Assembly (NCBI GenBank): GCA_044892525.1
Contig: CM097885.1
Coordinates: 47,865,727-47,929,726 of the forward strand
Length of the DNA: 64,000 nucleotides
Direction of reading: 5' to 3'
From: Schmidtea polychroa
Taxonomy: Eukaryota
The notes under the pieces are model-generated. The model saw only the letters and a list, made by a program, of their open reading frames with translations. It was not told the origin of the DNA and made no database searches. How positions within the stretch are numbered: position 1 is the first letter of the stretch; every line of letters starts with the position of its first letter. The position numbers and the translations under genes are program-made. This document shows, piece after piece, positions 1 to 11,977 of this stretch.

Positions 1-3000
1 CTCATGATTTATTGATGTCCCAGGTAATTTAACCCCCTTCGCTTTTACCGTTTCCTTACTACCTAAAAGACTATAACATTTAGGGCGTAAGAAAACCCAT
101 TCAGAATAACCTAATCCCTTGCTCTCATCTTTAAACTTCCCGATGACAGAGTCAAGGTTCCTATTATACAAGGGGTGTGTTGGATCGTAATTTGACTTAT
201 CCAATAAATTATCCGAGATCATCTGAGGTAATAAAGTTGATAATTTTAAATTTTTTATTTCCAGAAAGAAACTGTCGGTATCACCGGCAATAATATTTAT
301 AATACATTTATATTGTCGCCTGTACTTCTCCAAATCAATATATTGGAGCTGGTACATCCGCAGTTTAGACAGATCTAGTACTGTTTGACCGATGTAGCTA
401 GGTCTGTCTAAACAAATTGAATCTTTTTCCAAATGTGCCGCAATCAGATCGTCATCGATTCTTATAGACTTTCTGAAAGTCGGCTTTGAGGAGTATACTA
501 TCATCTTTTCGGATGAATTACACAACCTCAAATTCATTCGTTTTTTCAGATTTTCAACGGATTTACCGTACAGACTGTTATTATACAATTTAAACAAGTC
601 CCTATATATTTCGCTAGTAGACTGAGATCGTAAAGTGGTGTTGGTGTCTATGTACGATTTAAAGATAGGTCCTTGTTTAAACTTTATACATCTATGAATA
701 TTTACAACCACCCCACCTTATTCTATATACAATTTGAGAAGCCTCCAATGAAGAACATAGTTCCTCTTTGGCCAATGCGTAAGCATAAGCTTCTCAACTT
801 TTGAATTAGGCGGGCACAACTTTTCCGGCGCAAGCGGAAAATCATTCAAAAAGTCATGCACACATTCCGGAATATCGATATCGACCTCCATAGTATACCC
901 ATATGGAAGGTTATCAATATCCGTGTTCATACATTCAAGTAAAACATCATTCAAATTTTCATTCACCCAAGAAAAATCACCATACGGAAGATTTTGGCTA
1001 AGAGCCCAGCCATACAGATTATTAATATCAATGTACAATAATTCTGTATCATCTGAAGTAGCCGTGTAATGTTTGTTAACAAATGTTAACCCACCCCGGA
1101 TACCTCCCTCATAGAAATTATACATTTCCATGTCCTGCAAAAGTTCTATTGGTTCCGTTAATGTCATAAGCGCTGAGGCCCATGACATACCGGGAATCCC
1201 GTAGAAATTAAGAGGATCCAGACCATTGTAAGCAATTGCCTTACCGCGGAATTGCTGAAAATAGTCTGCGAGGAGGTATACGTCCAATTTTAGGTAGATT
1301 AACATATAATCTAACAAATTATTAGTTATGCTGACTCCAAATTAGTTGAGCCTCAGCGTACTGATCTTCCGTAACATCAGACCAAATAGGAGGTAATTCT
1401 AAAGTCGATTCAAGAACATCCAAAGAAGTAGCGAAATCATATGGAAAGATACCTTTAGAGTGAATCATCGACCCTTGAAAGACAGACGAAGTTAACGGAA
1501 AAGTAGTTAATGTTTTCACAGCTTTTGCTAAAGAACAATTAACAAATTGCATGCTGTCAATAAAACAAACAGGCAATTTGTTAATATATGCAATTAAAGA
1601 TATAAATTTTTCTGTAGAGGTAGGTATAATATTAAGTTCCCAAAGGGGAAAATCACTGAGACCATGTTTTAAAATATGGTGGAGGTCATAGCCTCGTAAA
1701 TTATGAAAGACTACTGGTAACAACTTATTAATCCTGCGAGAGACATTGCATTTCCTACATGCCGCTCCGACATATCTACCTGTAAAATTGCAATGATCTC
1801 TCACAGGATTAATAATGGCTTTTTTACACAAATAACAAATAGTGCTAGATCGAAAGGCACGCTCCTGAGCAAAAGAAAAAGTAGACATACCTTTATGACC
1901 TTCAAGTTCATAATATGGCAGGACAATTGTGACAGCAATTTCCTCCACTTTCCTCAAAAAATCCAAAATACAATTAGGTCCAAAAAAATAATAATAAAAT
2001 TTAGTGTTTGTATAATTATTAATTAATAAAAGACCTGCTGATATGGGTAAATGTATTTGATGATATGTTTCATGTTCAGGTAAAACCGATTCAAAATCGG
2101 CATAAATTACGAAGGGAGGTGTAACGGTTTTTGCGTAATCTGTGAATAATAAATCCTTATTTTTAGGAAGTGTATACAAGGTTGTGCCAGTCTGATTTTT
2201 ACAGCATAGAGCAACATGCTGATCGAAAGCATTCTTATATCTAAAGACATATAAACAATGTGGGCACCAGTTACACCTTATTTAAACATTAACATTTTCA
2301 TTTAAATGGCAATTCATTAATTTGTCCAAGTCTGTCACGGCCGTATAATGATATTTATCTTTATTACTCAAAAGTAATAAATAAATCGGCCTACCATCAA
2401 TAACCTTGGAGCGATGTACAATATTAAGATGAGGGTGGTGAGCTACATAATCCTCAGAAATATCACAATCAGAACTGGCGGGATTATAAGACAGAACGTT
2501 TATGCTTAAGTTTAAATCTCGATTTTTCCTTTCGAATTTGGGAATGTTACATAGCCTCATCGGGCAATCTGTGTCTTCATCATAATTTAATAGATGTAAA
2601 AATTCTATATATTTGGCGGCTCTTTGGTGATTACGACCTATTTCTTCTCTTTTTAAAAGTGCAAGAATGCTATATAAAAAACACTTATGGTCGTTGTTTT
2701 TAACATTAATTATTGCGTGTTTTAATTTTAATGCAGATGGGGTTTTTATATAACTATGTCCGGATAATCTACTAACGGGTGCGTATTTCGTTAAAATAAA
2801 ATCTATCTCTAAAATATTCATTACTCGCCACCCGCTTCCTAAATAAGTGAATTGCTCAATCTTTTCATTTAATTTGCTCACCCCCTCGTTTATAAAGTTT
2901 GATGTAAAAACTTGCGCATTGTTTGAAAAATAATTATCCCGGATCTCCCCATCTTTTTCAAATTTAATTAAAATTGCAAATTGAATTTTTACATTGCCCA

Positions 3001-3589
3001 ACTTTTCTATTTCCTCTATTAATCTTTCTTCAATTTTTGATGTTAGGGCTATTTTTACTAAGTTTTGATTTCTTATGTCAAATTTTAATGTTTTTCGGGA
3101 TCTGTTCAAATCGGATTCTACCATAGGTTCAAACAAAGAGCCGCCTATTTGACATATGTTGAAAGACGTTGAAGCTACACATTCATCATTGATGACTATC
3201 ACTTCTTGTTGTGTAGAGGGTGCTTGTTGTGTGAACGATGTTGAAGCTACACATTCATCTTTGCTGATGACTATCACTTCAGGTCGCGATAATTTATTAG
3301 GAATATAATTTTTAATTAAACCAGCAGGTCTTTTAATAGAATCTTTTTTAATAATAATAGTATCTTTTTTAATAGTATCTGTTTTTTCTTTTATAATATT
3401 TTTTTTAATATTTTTTAAATCTTTTTTAATATCTTTTTTAATAACATCTTTTTTAATAATATTTTTTTGTAAATTTTTTTGTAAATTTTTTTGTAAATTT
3501 TTTTTATTTTTATTTATTTTTTTAAATAAAACATTTTTTGAAATCGAAAATTGCCCTAAGTGACTATGATGTTTATTAAAAAATGTCAT
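1..3589 (-). pseudogene. Protein-primed family B DNA polymerase (terminal protein/OTU-like protease, exonuclease with EndoVII insert, polymerase); 3' end outside window
   Basis: ORFs 2282-3589, 1322-2179, 718-1317 and 1-717 join through in-frame TAA at 2282 and 718 and a frameshift near 1320. Motifs: DHKCFLYS...YHY, IYADFES, FHNLRGYD, YIDINNLY, KLYNNSLYGK, AGDTDSF. Confidence 0.95.
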
Positions 3590-3793
3590 ATATTTTATTT
3601 TTCGCTAGTCACGCATTTGGGACATATAAAAAAGTTGAGTGAATTAAACTTTTTTCGGTAATATTTTCTCATTGTATCATGACATTGTTCGTTATGGCCA
3701 ATTGATGATTGGCAATAATTTGGGTATAGTCTACCTGTTAAATAATAAAATTAAAGTTTTATTATTTTTCTATATTGAAAACTAATTGTTACA

Positions 3794-3867
3794 TCTATAA
3801 GGATTTATCATCATTTGTTATTTAATTCAAATGAACTATATAACAAATGATGATAAATCCTTATAGA
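3794..3867. repeat. Perfect inverted repeat, 28 bp arms, 18 nt loop
   Basis: TCTATAAGGATTTATCATCATTTGTTAT (3794-3821) and its exact reverse complement (3840-3867). Confidence 0.95.
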
Positions 3868-3921
3868 AAATAGGTTAATATATTCGAGAGAATATTAGAG
3901 AGATTTTAGTAGATAGGTCAG

Positions 3922-4009
<88 letters not shown>

Positions 4010-4107
4010 TAAAGAGAAGTAGCTGCATGCTCACTGCAGACTACTATGTAGCTACATGCTCACTGTAGACTACAGTAGAAGGGTCAGATTATTTATATTA
4101 TTATTTA

Positions 4108-4183
<76 letters not shown>
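3922..4183. repeat. Two (ATT)n microsatellites, each downstream of GGTCAGATTATT
   Basis: Direct reading. Confidence 0.9.
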
Positions 4184-4294
4184 TTAACTATTGTAGATGC
4201 GCATTGCAAACTACAAGGATTTATTTTATAACTATAATTTTGTAATCACTTTTTTAAATACTTTGATTATATTTCAAAAACATAGTATTTACTT

Positions 4295-4890
4295 CATATA
4301 ATCATTTTCATCATAATATTTTCATCATAAATCATTTTCATTTTCTTCATAAATTTTCGTCATAATTTCACCATAAATCATTTTCTTCATAATTTTGGGC
4401 ATAAATCATAAATCATAAATCATCATAATTTTGGGCATAAATCATTTTCATCATAAATCATAAATCCTTTTCATCATAAATCATAAATCATTTTCTTCAT
4501 AATTTTTGGCATAAATCATTTTCACCATAAATCATAAATCATTTTCTTCATAAATCATTTTCATTTTCTTCATAAATTTTCGTCATAAATTTTCGTCATA
4601 AGTTTCATCATAATTTTATCAAAATATTTAAGAAATTTTTTATCAAAATATTTTAAAAAGTGATTACAAAATTTTAATATATAAAAAATATATATATATA
4701 AAAATAAATAAATCTTACATTGTGATTCCATGTCAGAATCATCCTCAGAAGAGTCATTATTAATTCGGTCCTCCACATCAGAATCATCCTCAGAAGAGTC
4801 ATTATTAATTCGGTCCTCCACATCAGAATCATTCTCAGAAGAGTCATTATCCGGTACCTCAGAAGAGTCATTATCCGGTACCACATTTTC
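4295..4890 (-). repeat. Low-complexity tandem repeats; probable decayed spliced acidic ORF (DNDSSE repeats)
   Basis: CATAAATCAT-type repeats at 4295-4610; 45 bp and 24 bp duplications at 4733-4882; putative splice sites near 4720, 4933 and 4977. Confidence 0.55.
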
Positions 4891-5329
4891 ATAGATTCGT
4901 CTTCAGTTACTTCATACCAATCGAATGGTTCTAAAAGAATAAAATAAAATAAAATAAAATATAATAAAATAAATTACCCATAGTCGTCAACAGATTTCTT
5001 AAGATATTATTGTTATTGTTATTTTGCATTTTAGATAGTAAATTGATTTCGAAATTGAATTCTTAAAATTTTAAAATAATTGTGACAAATTTTAGATTTG
5101 TCAATGTTTATAAAGAGAATGAATATTTTCCTGTCCCAGCCAATGAGAATATAGACACACACATATACACTGAATATTTTACTCTCTCAAACAATCACAC
5201 GCATGCATGTATGTAATGTAAATCACTCAGAAATTACATGTGACTGCCTTTGTTAGTCATGCATTTGTTAACTTGCACTGTGCATGCTTCAGGCATAGGT
5301 AGTCTTTATGTTACAAATAATAATATTTA

Positions 5330-5397
5330 TTTGAATAATAATAAAATTAATTAAAAATAATAATATTTTTCACAATAATAATAATATTATTAATAAT

Positions 5398-5434
<37 letters not shown>

Positions 5435-5475
5435 TTAATAATAATAATAATAATAATATTAATAATAATAATAAT

Positions 5476-5506
<31 letters not shown>

Positions 5507-5600
5507 ATAATAATAATAATAATAATATTATTAATAATAATAATAATAATATTAATAATAATATAATAATAATAATAATAATATTAATAATAACAATCAC
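5330..5600. repeat. Interrupted (AAT)n microsatellite
   Basis: Direct reading. Confidence 0.95.
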
Positions 5601-5660
5601 AACAACAAAGGAAAGGATACATTTATTAAACATCAAATTTTATTAAACATTCATTTTTCT

Positions 5661-6149
5661 TTAAACATCAAATTTTTTGTACAATAACCAAGCTAAACAA
5701 TGTTGACCACATGTTTGGGTCAATGGATTTTGAAACATAGTTTTATTATATACAATAGGTTTTCCCATTGTTTGTAGTTTTGATATCAACAAAGCCGGGT
5801 AATAAAAACCCATAGGATCGAACACGAATATATTACCAGGTTTCACATATATATCTATCCAATGTTCTCCACCAAGATGCGACGATTGAGTATTGACGAT
5901 TATTGCTTGATTATTGCTCAAATATGGAATTTTATCAAGAGGAAAAACTCCAACAAATTCATTTCCCAATATCTGTTTTCCGATTTTATTGACCTGAACA
6001 GAACTACTTAAATAAATCCAGAGTATAAAAAACAACTTACTCCATGACAACCTTTTGTGTTTCAATATACATTTATACCAACACAGTTCTATTTGCAGTA
6101 ATTTGAACTTCATTTTTAAATACTCCATATATAATAACATGTACTGCAA
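5661..6149 (-). CDS. Adenain-like (C5) maturation cysteine protease; true start probably near 6010-6070, 5' end possibly damaged
   Basis: FVGVFPLD, IVNT, GEHW (His), FDPMG (Asp), QNPLTQTCGQHC (Gln, Cys). Confidence 0.9.
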   Translation of the reverse strand: MQYMLLYMEYLKMKFKLLQIELCWYKCILKHKRLSWSKLFFILWIYLSSSVQVNKIGKQILGNEFVGVFPLDKIPYLSNNQAIIVNTQSSHLGGEHWIDIYVKPGNIFVFDPMGFYYPALLISKLQTMGKPIVYNKTMFQNPLTQTCGQHCLAWLLYKKFDV

Positions 6150-7274
6150 ACTTTATATCCAGTCGTAAATTTCCATTTTGAGGTAATTGACTTTGATTTA
6201 AATCAAAATCAGGGGCTAAAACAAATGTAAAAAATGGGTATTTGCTTTTAAAATCTTCTAGAGTTATTCCGCAATTCAAATTTTTATCTAAATAACCCAG
6301 ATTTCTAACAATACTCTGCATATATGTCGCACAGTAATTGTCATTCTCGAAATCTTGAATATATGTTTCTCTATAATCAGTATTTTTCGACAAAGTCAAT
6401 GAAGTAACATTAAAGTTTTTGAAAATTGAGCTGGACGCAGTATATGATCCATTATATTGTGCTTCACTTTGAAATGTTATCAGAATAAAATTAGGCATTC
6501 TTCTGTCACCAAATATTTGTTCTTTATAGAATGATGAAGCACCTTTAGCAATAGCAAATTGTACAATTTCCTTTGTTTTTAATGGATATATTGCATGTTT
6601 TGAATTAAGACCCAATTGATGACCTGCTAATACTGAGGGTCTACTCGTACTCTTCTCACCAATAATTTTGCATCAACTAATTGACATATTGGTGTAGTAG
6701 TTGCACTAGTAAGAGATAATGCAGAATCAGACCTTTTCAGTCTAATATGTACATTAACTCCCGGTAGTAAATATTTCGGTTGATCCATAAAATCAAGTTG
6801 TAATGATGAGCACATGGTGAAAACCTTTGAGCCTTTTACCCACTTTTTTCTTTCATCATCACTGCCATAGCCCATAGGAGTAAGACATGTATTTTTAGTA
6901 TCGGAATTGTAATTTAAAATTGTTTCTATTAATGCCTTGTGAATGAATGTATTATTTCCGCCCTCAATCTTGATATTATTAAATCCCAACACTGCATCTT
7001 TAAAAAGAGTATGAAACAGGAAATTGTTCGGTATTACATCTGCATTGGTATCCAAAACTTTTCTATCTTTATCTACAACCTTAATCTGAACAGTCAATAA
7101 AGTATCGTTCAAATCTAAATATTCGGTTTGCGAACCATTAATATAAAACTCGATATCATTTCTACTATCTGTAATTGAATTCATAGGAAAAACTTCCTCA
7201 AATGCCCCAAATTCTATTACAGCCTGGGGCGACGGTCTATCAAATATACATAATTCAGATTTACCACAAATCAT
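6073..7274 (-). pseudogene. Major capsid protein (double jelly-roll) with one frameshift near 6635
   Basis: KSELCIF, IEFYING..EYLDLNDTLL, FMDQPKYLLPGV, RMPNFILI, GNLRLDIKFA; restoring 1 nt gives RVDPSVLAGHQLGLNSKHAIYP and joins the two ORFs. Confidence 0.9.
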
Positions 7275-7645
7275 TTTGCAAATATAGTTCCATGTCCTTT
7301 CATTCGTTTGTTTATACGTGATATTCCATGTCTTTTACGTTTTGGAGCATGAGCTGGAGCTGGAGCTGGAGGTTTTTCTTTTTGAAACATACCTGCAACC
7401 CCAGGTAAAACTTTCCCTAATTCTGCTAAAGAATTTGTTTTTAGAGATGGTAATATTTTCTGTTCATTCATAATAACATCTTTTGCAGTCTTCATACCGA
7501 AACTACCAATACGTTTAAGAATAGGCAGGACAAATCTACCAATTGTTCTTAACCATCCTGATCCGTACTGTTTACCAATAAAATATGGTAATTCACCACC
7601 AGATTGGCTACCACTATACATACTAATAATATCAGAATTAGCCAT
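7271..7645 (-). CDS. Maverick core/membrane-active protein with putative protease cleavage motifs
   Basis: QSGG and QYGSG motifs followed by amphipathic helix WLRTIGRFVLPILKRIG; basic tail; lies between penton and MCP. Confidence 0.7.
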   Translation of the reverse strand: MANSDIISMYSGSQSGGELPYFIGKQYGSGWLRTIGRFVLPILKRIGSFGMKTAKDVIMNEQKILPSLKTNSLAELGKVLPGVAGMFQKEKPPAPAPAHAPKRKRHGISRINKRMKGHGTIFAK

Positions 7646-8705
7646 TTATTTTACGAAAATGTAATGTCAAATGAGTTTTTGAACCTTTTGGATATTCGAT
7701 TAATTGACCAGAATCATCTCTTATATTTATTTTTATATTGTTTATACAAGATGTTGAAACAGGTAGATACATGGGATTTTCTACATTGATTTGTACAACT
7801 TCATCTTGATCATGTTTTTCAATCCATATAGATTTCATTAAAGGAACACTAGAATCGCCAACAATAACTGGTTCCACGATATTACTGTAAATGAACATTT
7901 GCTGATGATGTTTAAGGATTTTCGGTTTGTTTGTTCCTTCACAAATTTGTTCATTTTGTGTACATACTGGTTTAGTCAATCCTAATGTTTTTGCCAAATT
8001 TGAGTCAAATTTAACTTGACTAAGATTAGAATTTATACTAAATCTAAATACTTTATCTTTTTGAAGCTCAAAAACTGTTAAAATATCGCTACAATTGTCA
8101 GCTAAATAAGATTGTAATTGTTCGAGGTCTGTAATATATAAATTATCTTTAAAAGTATATGCATGCTCTGTTATTTCAAAGTATGATAGCTTAAATTTGA
8201 ATTCCACTTAATTATTAGTTTTTGGAAGTGTAGAGAGATTTATTTTGACTGTATCATTAAATACATTACGTAAATCACTAAATCCAAGACGTTTAGCATC
8301 AGCCACTGTAGAAAATATAATTTCGAATGGCTTATTCAAGCAATTCATGTATAAATATTGACCATCATCATAAATTATAGGTTTCCTTGATTTCGATGAA
8401 CTCGTCAAGTTATAACTATCTTTATCAATAAGAACACTAATATATTCCGTTACTGCTACTTTCTTATTATATTCAATAACAGATTTGCTATAGATTGGGA
8501 ATAAATTGTATACAAATGTAAAATCCAACAGAGCAACTTCCCAGTCATTATCCAAATAGATAGGGTTTTGGAGTTCGATGATGAATTTGCTTGCTTGATT
8601 TTCTGGATGAATTAATGGACAACTATTGCTCGGCAAAATAGTATAAAAATTCACTTTACTAGGTCTTTTGCTGATATCCATGACGGGTTTTGATAACCAT
8701 GCCAT
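7638..8705 (-). pseudogene. Minor capsid protein (penton), split by an in-frame TAA at 8208-8210
   Basis: FYTILPSNS...DWEVAL N-terminus; FIYSNIVEPVIVGDSSVPL, NPMYLPV, LTLHFRK C-terminus; the two ORFs are adjacent and in frame. Confidence 0.9.
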
Positions 8706-9283
8706 TTGACATAGTATTGTTTATCCTTACCGACCTTTTTAGTTTTCAATATTTTTTGAATTCTAAATACTTTTTGGGGAGGAATGACTTGTAATTCCTG
8801 CTCATAAAATTTCCCCTGTACAATATTATTATCATTGTCTTTGATGACATACATTACAGGATTCTGTTTAGTATTTATTTTTGAAATTACAAAGACTTCA
8901 TCACTCCAATTTGTATCAAAATTTTTAATAAATGGTGATGCACTAATTTTACTAATTCTAACATGGTCACCGACTTTATATTTAGGTTTTGCAATTTTTA
9001 CAGATTTCTTAGAAGTCAATGATGTTTTTGATGTAATATCAACCGGTCTCAATCCATTCAGTCCTCGATGTGATGAATGATTATAACTTGTTATTATTTT
9101 CGGTAAAGCATTTACCCATTTTTTATTACCTTGATGCACGAACAATTTCTTTAATCGATCTCTCAATTTTCGATTAAATCTTTCAACATGGGCAGCTTTG
9201 TATTGAGAATGTACCGAGTAGTGATTTATTTTCAGTTTATCGAGGATTTGCTTAACTTTACTATTGTAGAATTCTTTACCTAA

Positions 9284-9333
<50 letters not shown>

Positions 9334-9721
9334 CTAAATCTGTTTGCAAGTTATTAGGATGTCCATCTTTAAATAAAATATTAATTGCCTTGGACATTTC
9401 TTCTGCAGATTTTGCCTTGACTGGTATTGCTCGTGCAAACCTGCTGTATACATTAATACATGTTAAAATATATTTATTCCCATTGTTAATTTTCGAATAA
9501 GGTATCATCTCCATCAAATCCATTTGCCATAAATCGTCAATACCAAATGTTTTATACGCTCTTGTTGGAAATCTTTTCCGCATTGGTTTGTTCAAACTGT
9601 ACGCAAGCTGATCTGATAACCACTTCTGGGTTTCTTTTTTCGAATTCGGAACTCTTTTGTTTAATTTTGCCACTCCACCGAAACCGGCTTCGTCTTCTGG
9701 GTTCGTCCAAATCTTCTCCAT
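8651..9721 (-). CDS. Retroviral-type (DDE) integrase with C-terminal chromodomain; 2 exons (intron 9280-9333)
   Basis: WQMDL, LQTDLG|KEFYN after splicing, HVERFNR, GKFYEQELQ, YYVKWHGY..SWI; likely start MEKIW at 9721. Confidence 0.95.
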
Positions 9722-9779
9722 TACAACAAGAAGATTTAAAATTAAATTTAATGTCGGGCAATGAAGGATTAGCACCCAT
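9552..9779 (-). CDS. Small putatively myristoylated protein overlapping the integrase 5' end
   Basis: MGANPS fits MGxxxS; SSCC di-cysteine; starts just after the upstream gene stop. Confidence 0.45.
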   Translation of the reverse strand: MGANPSLPDIKFNFKSSCCNGEDLDEPRRRSRFRWSGKIKQKSSEFEKRNPEVVIRSACVQFEQTNAEKISNKSV

Positions 9780-9812
9780 TGTTTATGATTAATTTCCTAC
9801 AACTCCACCTAA

Positions 9813-10316
9813 TTATGATAATGCCAGAGGTATCAATGCACCAATAAATCCACCTTGTTGTTTATATATAATTTTCCTCATTTGCTTACGGTTTTTATTA
9901 TTTACTAAAGATAACAATGGTTTCCTATGTTTGCTCAATAAATGCTTTTTTGATTTACTGATTTTAATTTTGCCTTTGACTACTTTAAGTATAATATTGA
10001 GTAAATCATCGACAACAAAATTTGGGAATGATTGCAATATATTCATTCTTTTCATACTCGGGGCCTTTAATAATGCATTAAAAAATGGAAAACTGCGATG
10101 ATTTTTAACTACTTTTTTACTGGTTTTACGGGTTTTACGGGTTTTACGTTTAGGTTTAGGATTTTTCGAAATAAGATTCATTGCAGAGAAATTTTCAGTT
10201 ACAAGTTTTTTAGATGGTGTATAACTAGTTGTTAGTGGAACCTTTGGAACTTTAATAGTCTTTCTAATACCTTTTCTTAATTTCCTAATATTTTTCACCC
10301 TTGCTTTTAGAAACAT
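9813..10316 (-). CDS. Basic DNA-binding core (pVII-like) protein
   Basis: Very K/R-rich; ends in KQQGGFIGALIPLALS (QxGG cleavage-type motif plus hydrophobic tail). Confidence 0.7.
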   Translation of the reverse strand: MFLKARVKNIRKLRKGIRKTIKVPKVPLTTSYTPSKKLVTENFSAMNLISKNPKPKRKTRKTRKTSKKVVKNHRSFPFFNALLKAPSMKRMNILQSFPNFVVDDLLNIILKVVKGKIKISKSKKHLLSKHRKPLLSLVNNKNRKQMRKIIYKQQGGFIGALIPLALS

Positions 10317-10334
10317 TATTATTCATAGAGGTTT

Positions 10335-10961
10335 TCAACTTTGTTTATAAACCATGGCACCTTTTGGGTTGAAAATATCTGTTTTTACTCGTAAATCATC
10401 TGGACATTGTTGTGTGAAATCAAGAAATATATATCCATGAGGTATTTTTGTAGCATCTTGAAATGCACTGATAAGAAAATTACGATTGTTAGGGTATGCT
10501 TGGCGTGCAAGAAAATCAATCACTGTTGCATCTCTAGGGTTCTTGAAAATAACTAAATATTGTACATTTAAATTACGTGTTCGATGTGCCCCACCTTGAT
10601 GAAATAGATTTTGTGTTATGAAAATAACTGTTACACCGACATGTCTGCTGATCTTTGTAAATAAATTATTAAAATCTTTTTCTTTATTAGCTTCTTGATA
10701 CAAATCATCGATAATAATGACATCACCTTTCTTTAATCGGCTGGACCAGTTTTTATCAAATCCCTTTACTATTTTCATGTTTTTTAATTTACAGAAACTT
10801 GATTGAGTTAATCCATGTTCTTCATCAGCACCCCTATGCCAATAAATCCTGTTGAATTTTGATTTGAATAAATTTGATTTTAGTAATTTACAAACAAATA
10901 ATGTTTTTCCACTACCACTCGGACCAACGATTTGGTATACTGCATCATTTCTTAATTCCAT
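10335..10961 (-). CDS. FtsK/A32-like genome-packaging ATPase
   Basis: Walker A GPSGSGKT, Walker B IIIDD, SRH, IFITQN, YLVIFKNPRD. Confidence 0.95.
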   Translation of the reverse strand: MELRNDAVYQIVGPSGSGKTLFVCKLLKSNLFKSKFNRIYWHRGADEEHGLTQSSFCKLKNMKIVKGFDKNWSSRLKKGDVIIIDDLYQEANKEKDFNNLFTKISRHVGVTVIFITQNLFHQGGAHRTRNLNVQYLVIFKNPRDATVIDFLARQAYPNNRNFLISAFQDATKIPHGYIFLDFTQQCPDDLRVKTDIFNPKGAMVYKQS

Positions 10962-11062
10962 TTCAAAAATTTTATAAATATGTGTATTTGTTTATATTCG
11001 ATGATTTAATGAACTCTTGCTCAATTTGTATATAAAGACTAATTTTCATAAATGATTTAATA

Positions 11063-11500
11063 ATGTTAGCAAATATAAATTATCGAGGAAATTTTGATGT
11101 ATCGAATATGAGGTTCCCACCAAGGAAACCCTAGCAAATTATCGATAGAAGCGGGAAATATCCGATAATATTTTTCAAGAAAGGTAAATGTCGAATCATG
11201 GGATGTAAGAAACCTTTGGATATTAATAAATTACAATATCGAATAAAAAATATTAAAATCCAATCAATTACCGTTACTATGGATATGGGACATAGTATCA
11301 ATCTATATAACATGTCGAAAAAATGTGATTGTATGTTTGAACCGGAATTGTTTCCGGCACTAAGACTATTAAAATATAACCCTATATGTGTCAACGTGTT
11401 TGCTAGTGGAAAGGTTGTCATGTTGGGGTTGAGAAATTTGGAGTATAGAGAATTTGTTGGCAATGTTCGAAATGAGATAATTTCATTGGTCGATTTCTAA
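11063..11500 (+). pseudogene. TATA-binding-protein-like gene, one in-frame TAG at 11132
   Basis: Two TBP half-repeat motifs, IFFKKGKCRIMGCK and FEPELFPAL...NVFASGKVVMLGLR (compare YEPELFPGL...IFVSGKVVLTGAK); ATG 11063 is in frame with ORF 11198. Confidence 0.8.
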
Positions 11501-11571
11501 TTGGTTAATTTCTAATTGGTTATTGATTGATTTAAACAAACTGTTTGTGTTTAGAATTCATTTATTTCACT

Positions 11572-11977
11572 ATGTACAAAATACCAAGCGCCGCGAATTT
11601 AATGAAGGAAATAGATGATTATGGTAAATTTTTATTTTTTTGTTTACAAATTTAAATATTATATTTTTTCAGAAGAATATGCTGCAGTAATGCTAAAGAA
11701 GTTAGCATTCTATTATCCAGAAATCAATGCAGCAGTATACAACAAGCCTGCAGAATTAATCCCTGATTTGGTGTTCAATGCGACGGGGATAAGGATGTTA
11801 GAGATTTTCCATCAATTTATGTGGGATGTGAAGATAAATCGAACAATTAAACATGTGGATCCAGAATATTTATGTTACAATAGCTGTTCCTGCTGCAAAG
11901 CTAGATATCAGCGATATGTAGAATGGGTTTTGGTCAAAACTCTTCGGGATTTCCACCATATCAAGAACGCATTTTGA
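11572..11977 (+). CDS. Hypothetical Cys-cluster protein, 2 exons (intron 11624-11672)
   Basis: ATG 11572; removing the GTAAAT...TTTCAG intron gives MYKIPSAANLMKEIDDYEEYAAVM; CYNSCSCC; AATAAA downstream. Confidence 0.65.

Noticed and set aside
5370..5636. Poly-Leu/Ile ORF
   Set aside because: Translation of an (AAT)n microsatellite
11131..11463. 110 aa minus-strand ORF
   Set aside because: Antisense shadow of the TBP-like gene
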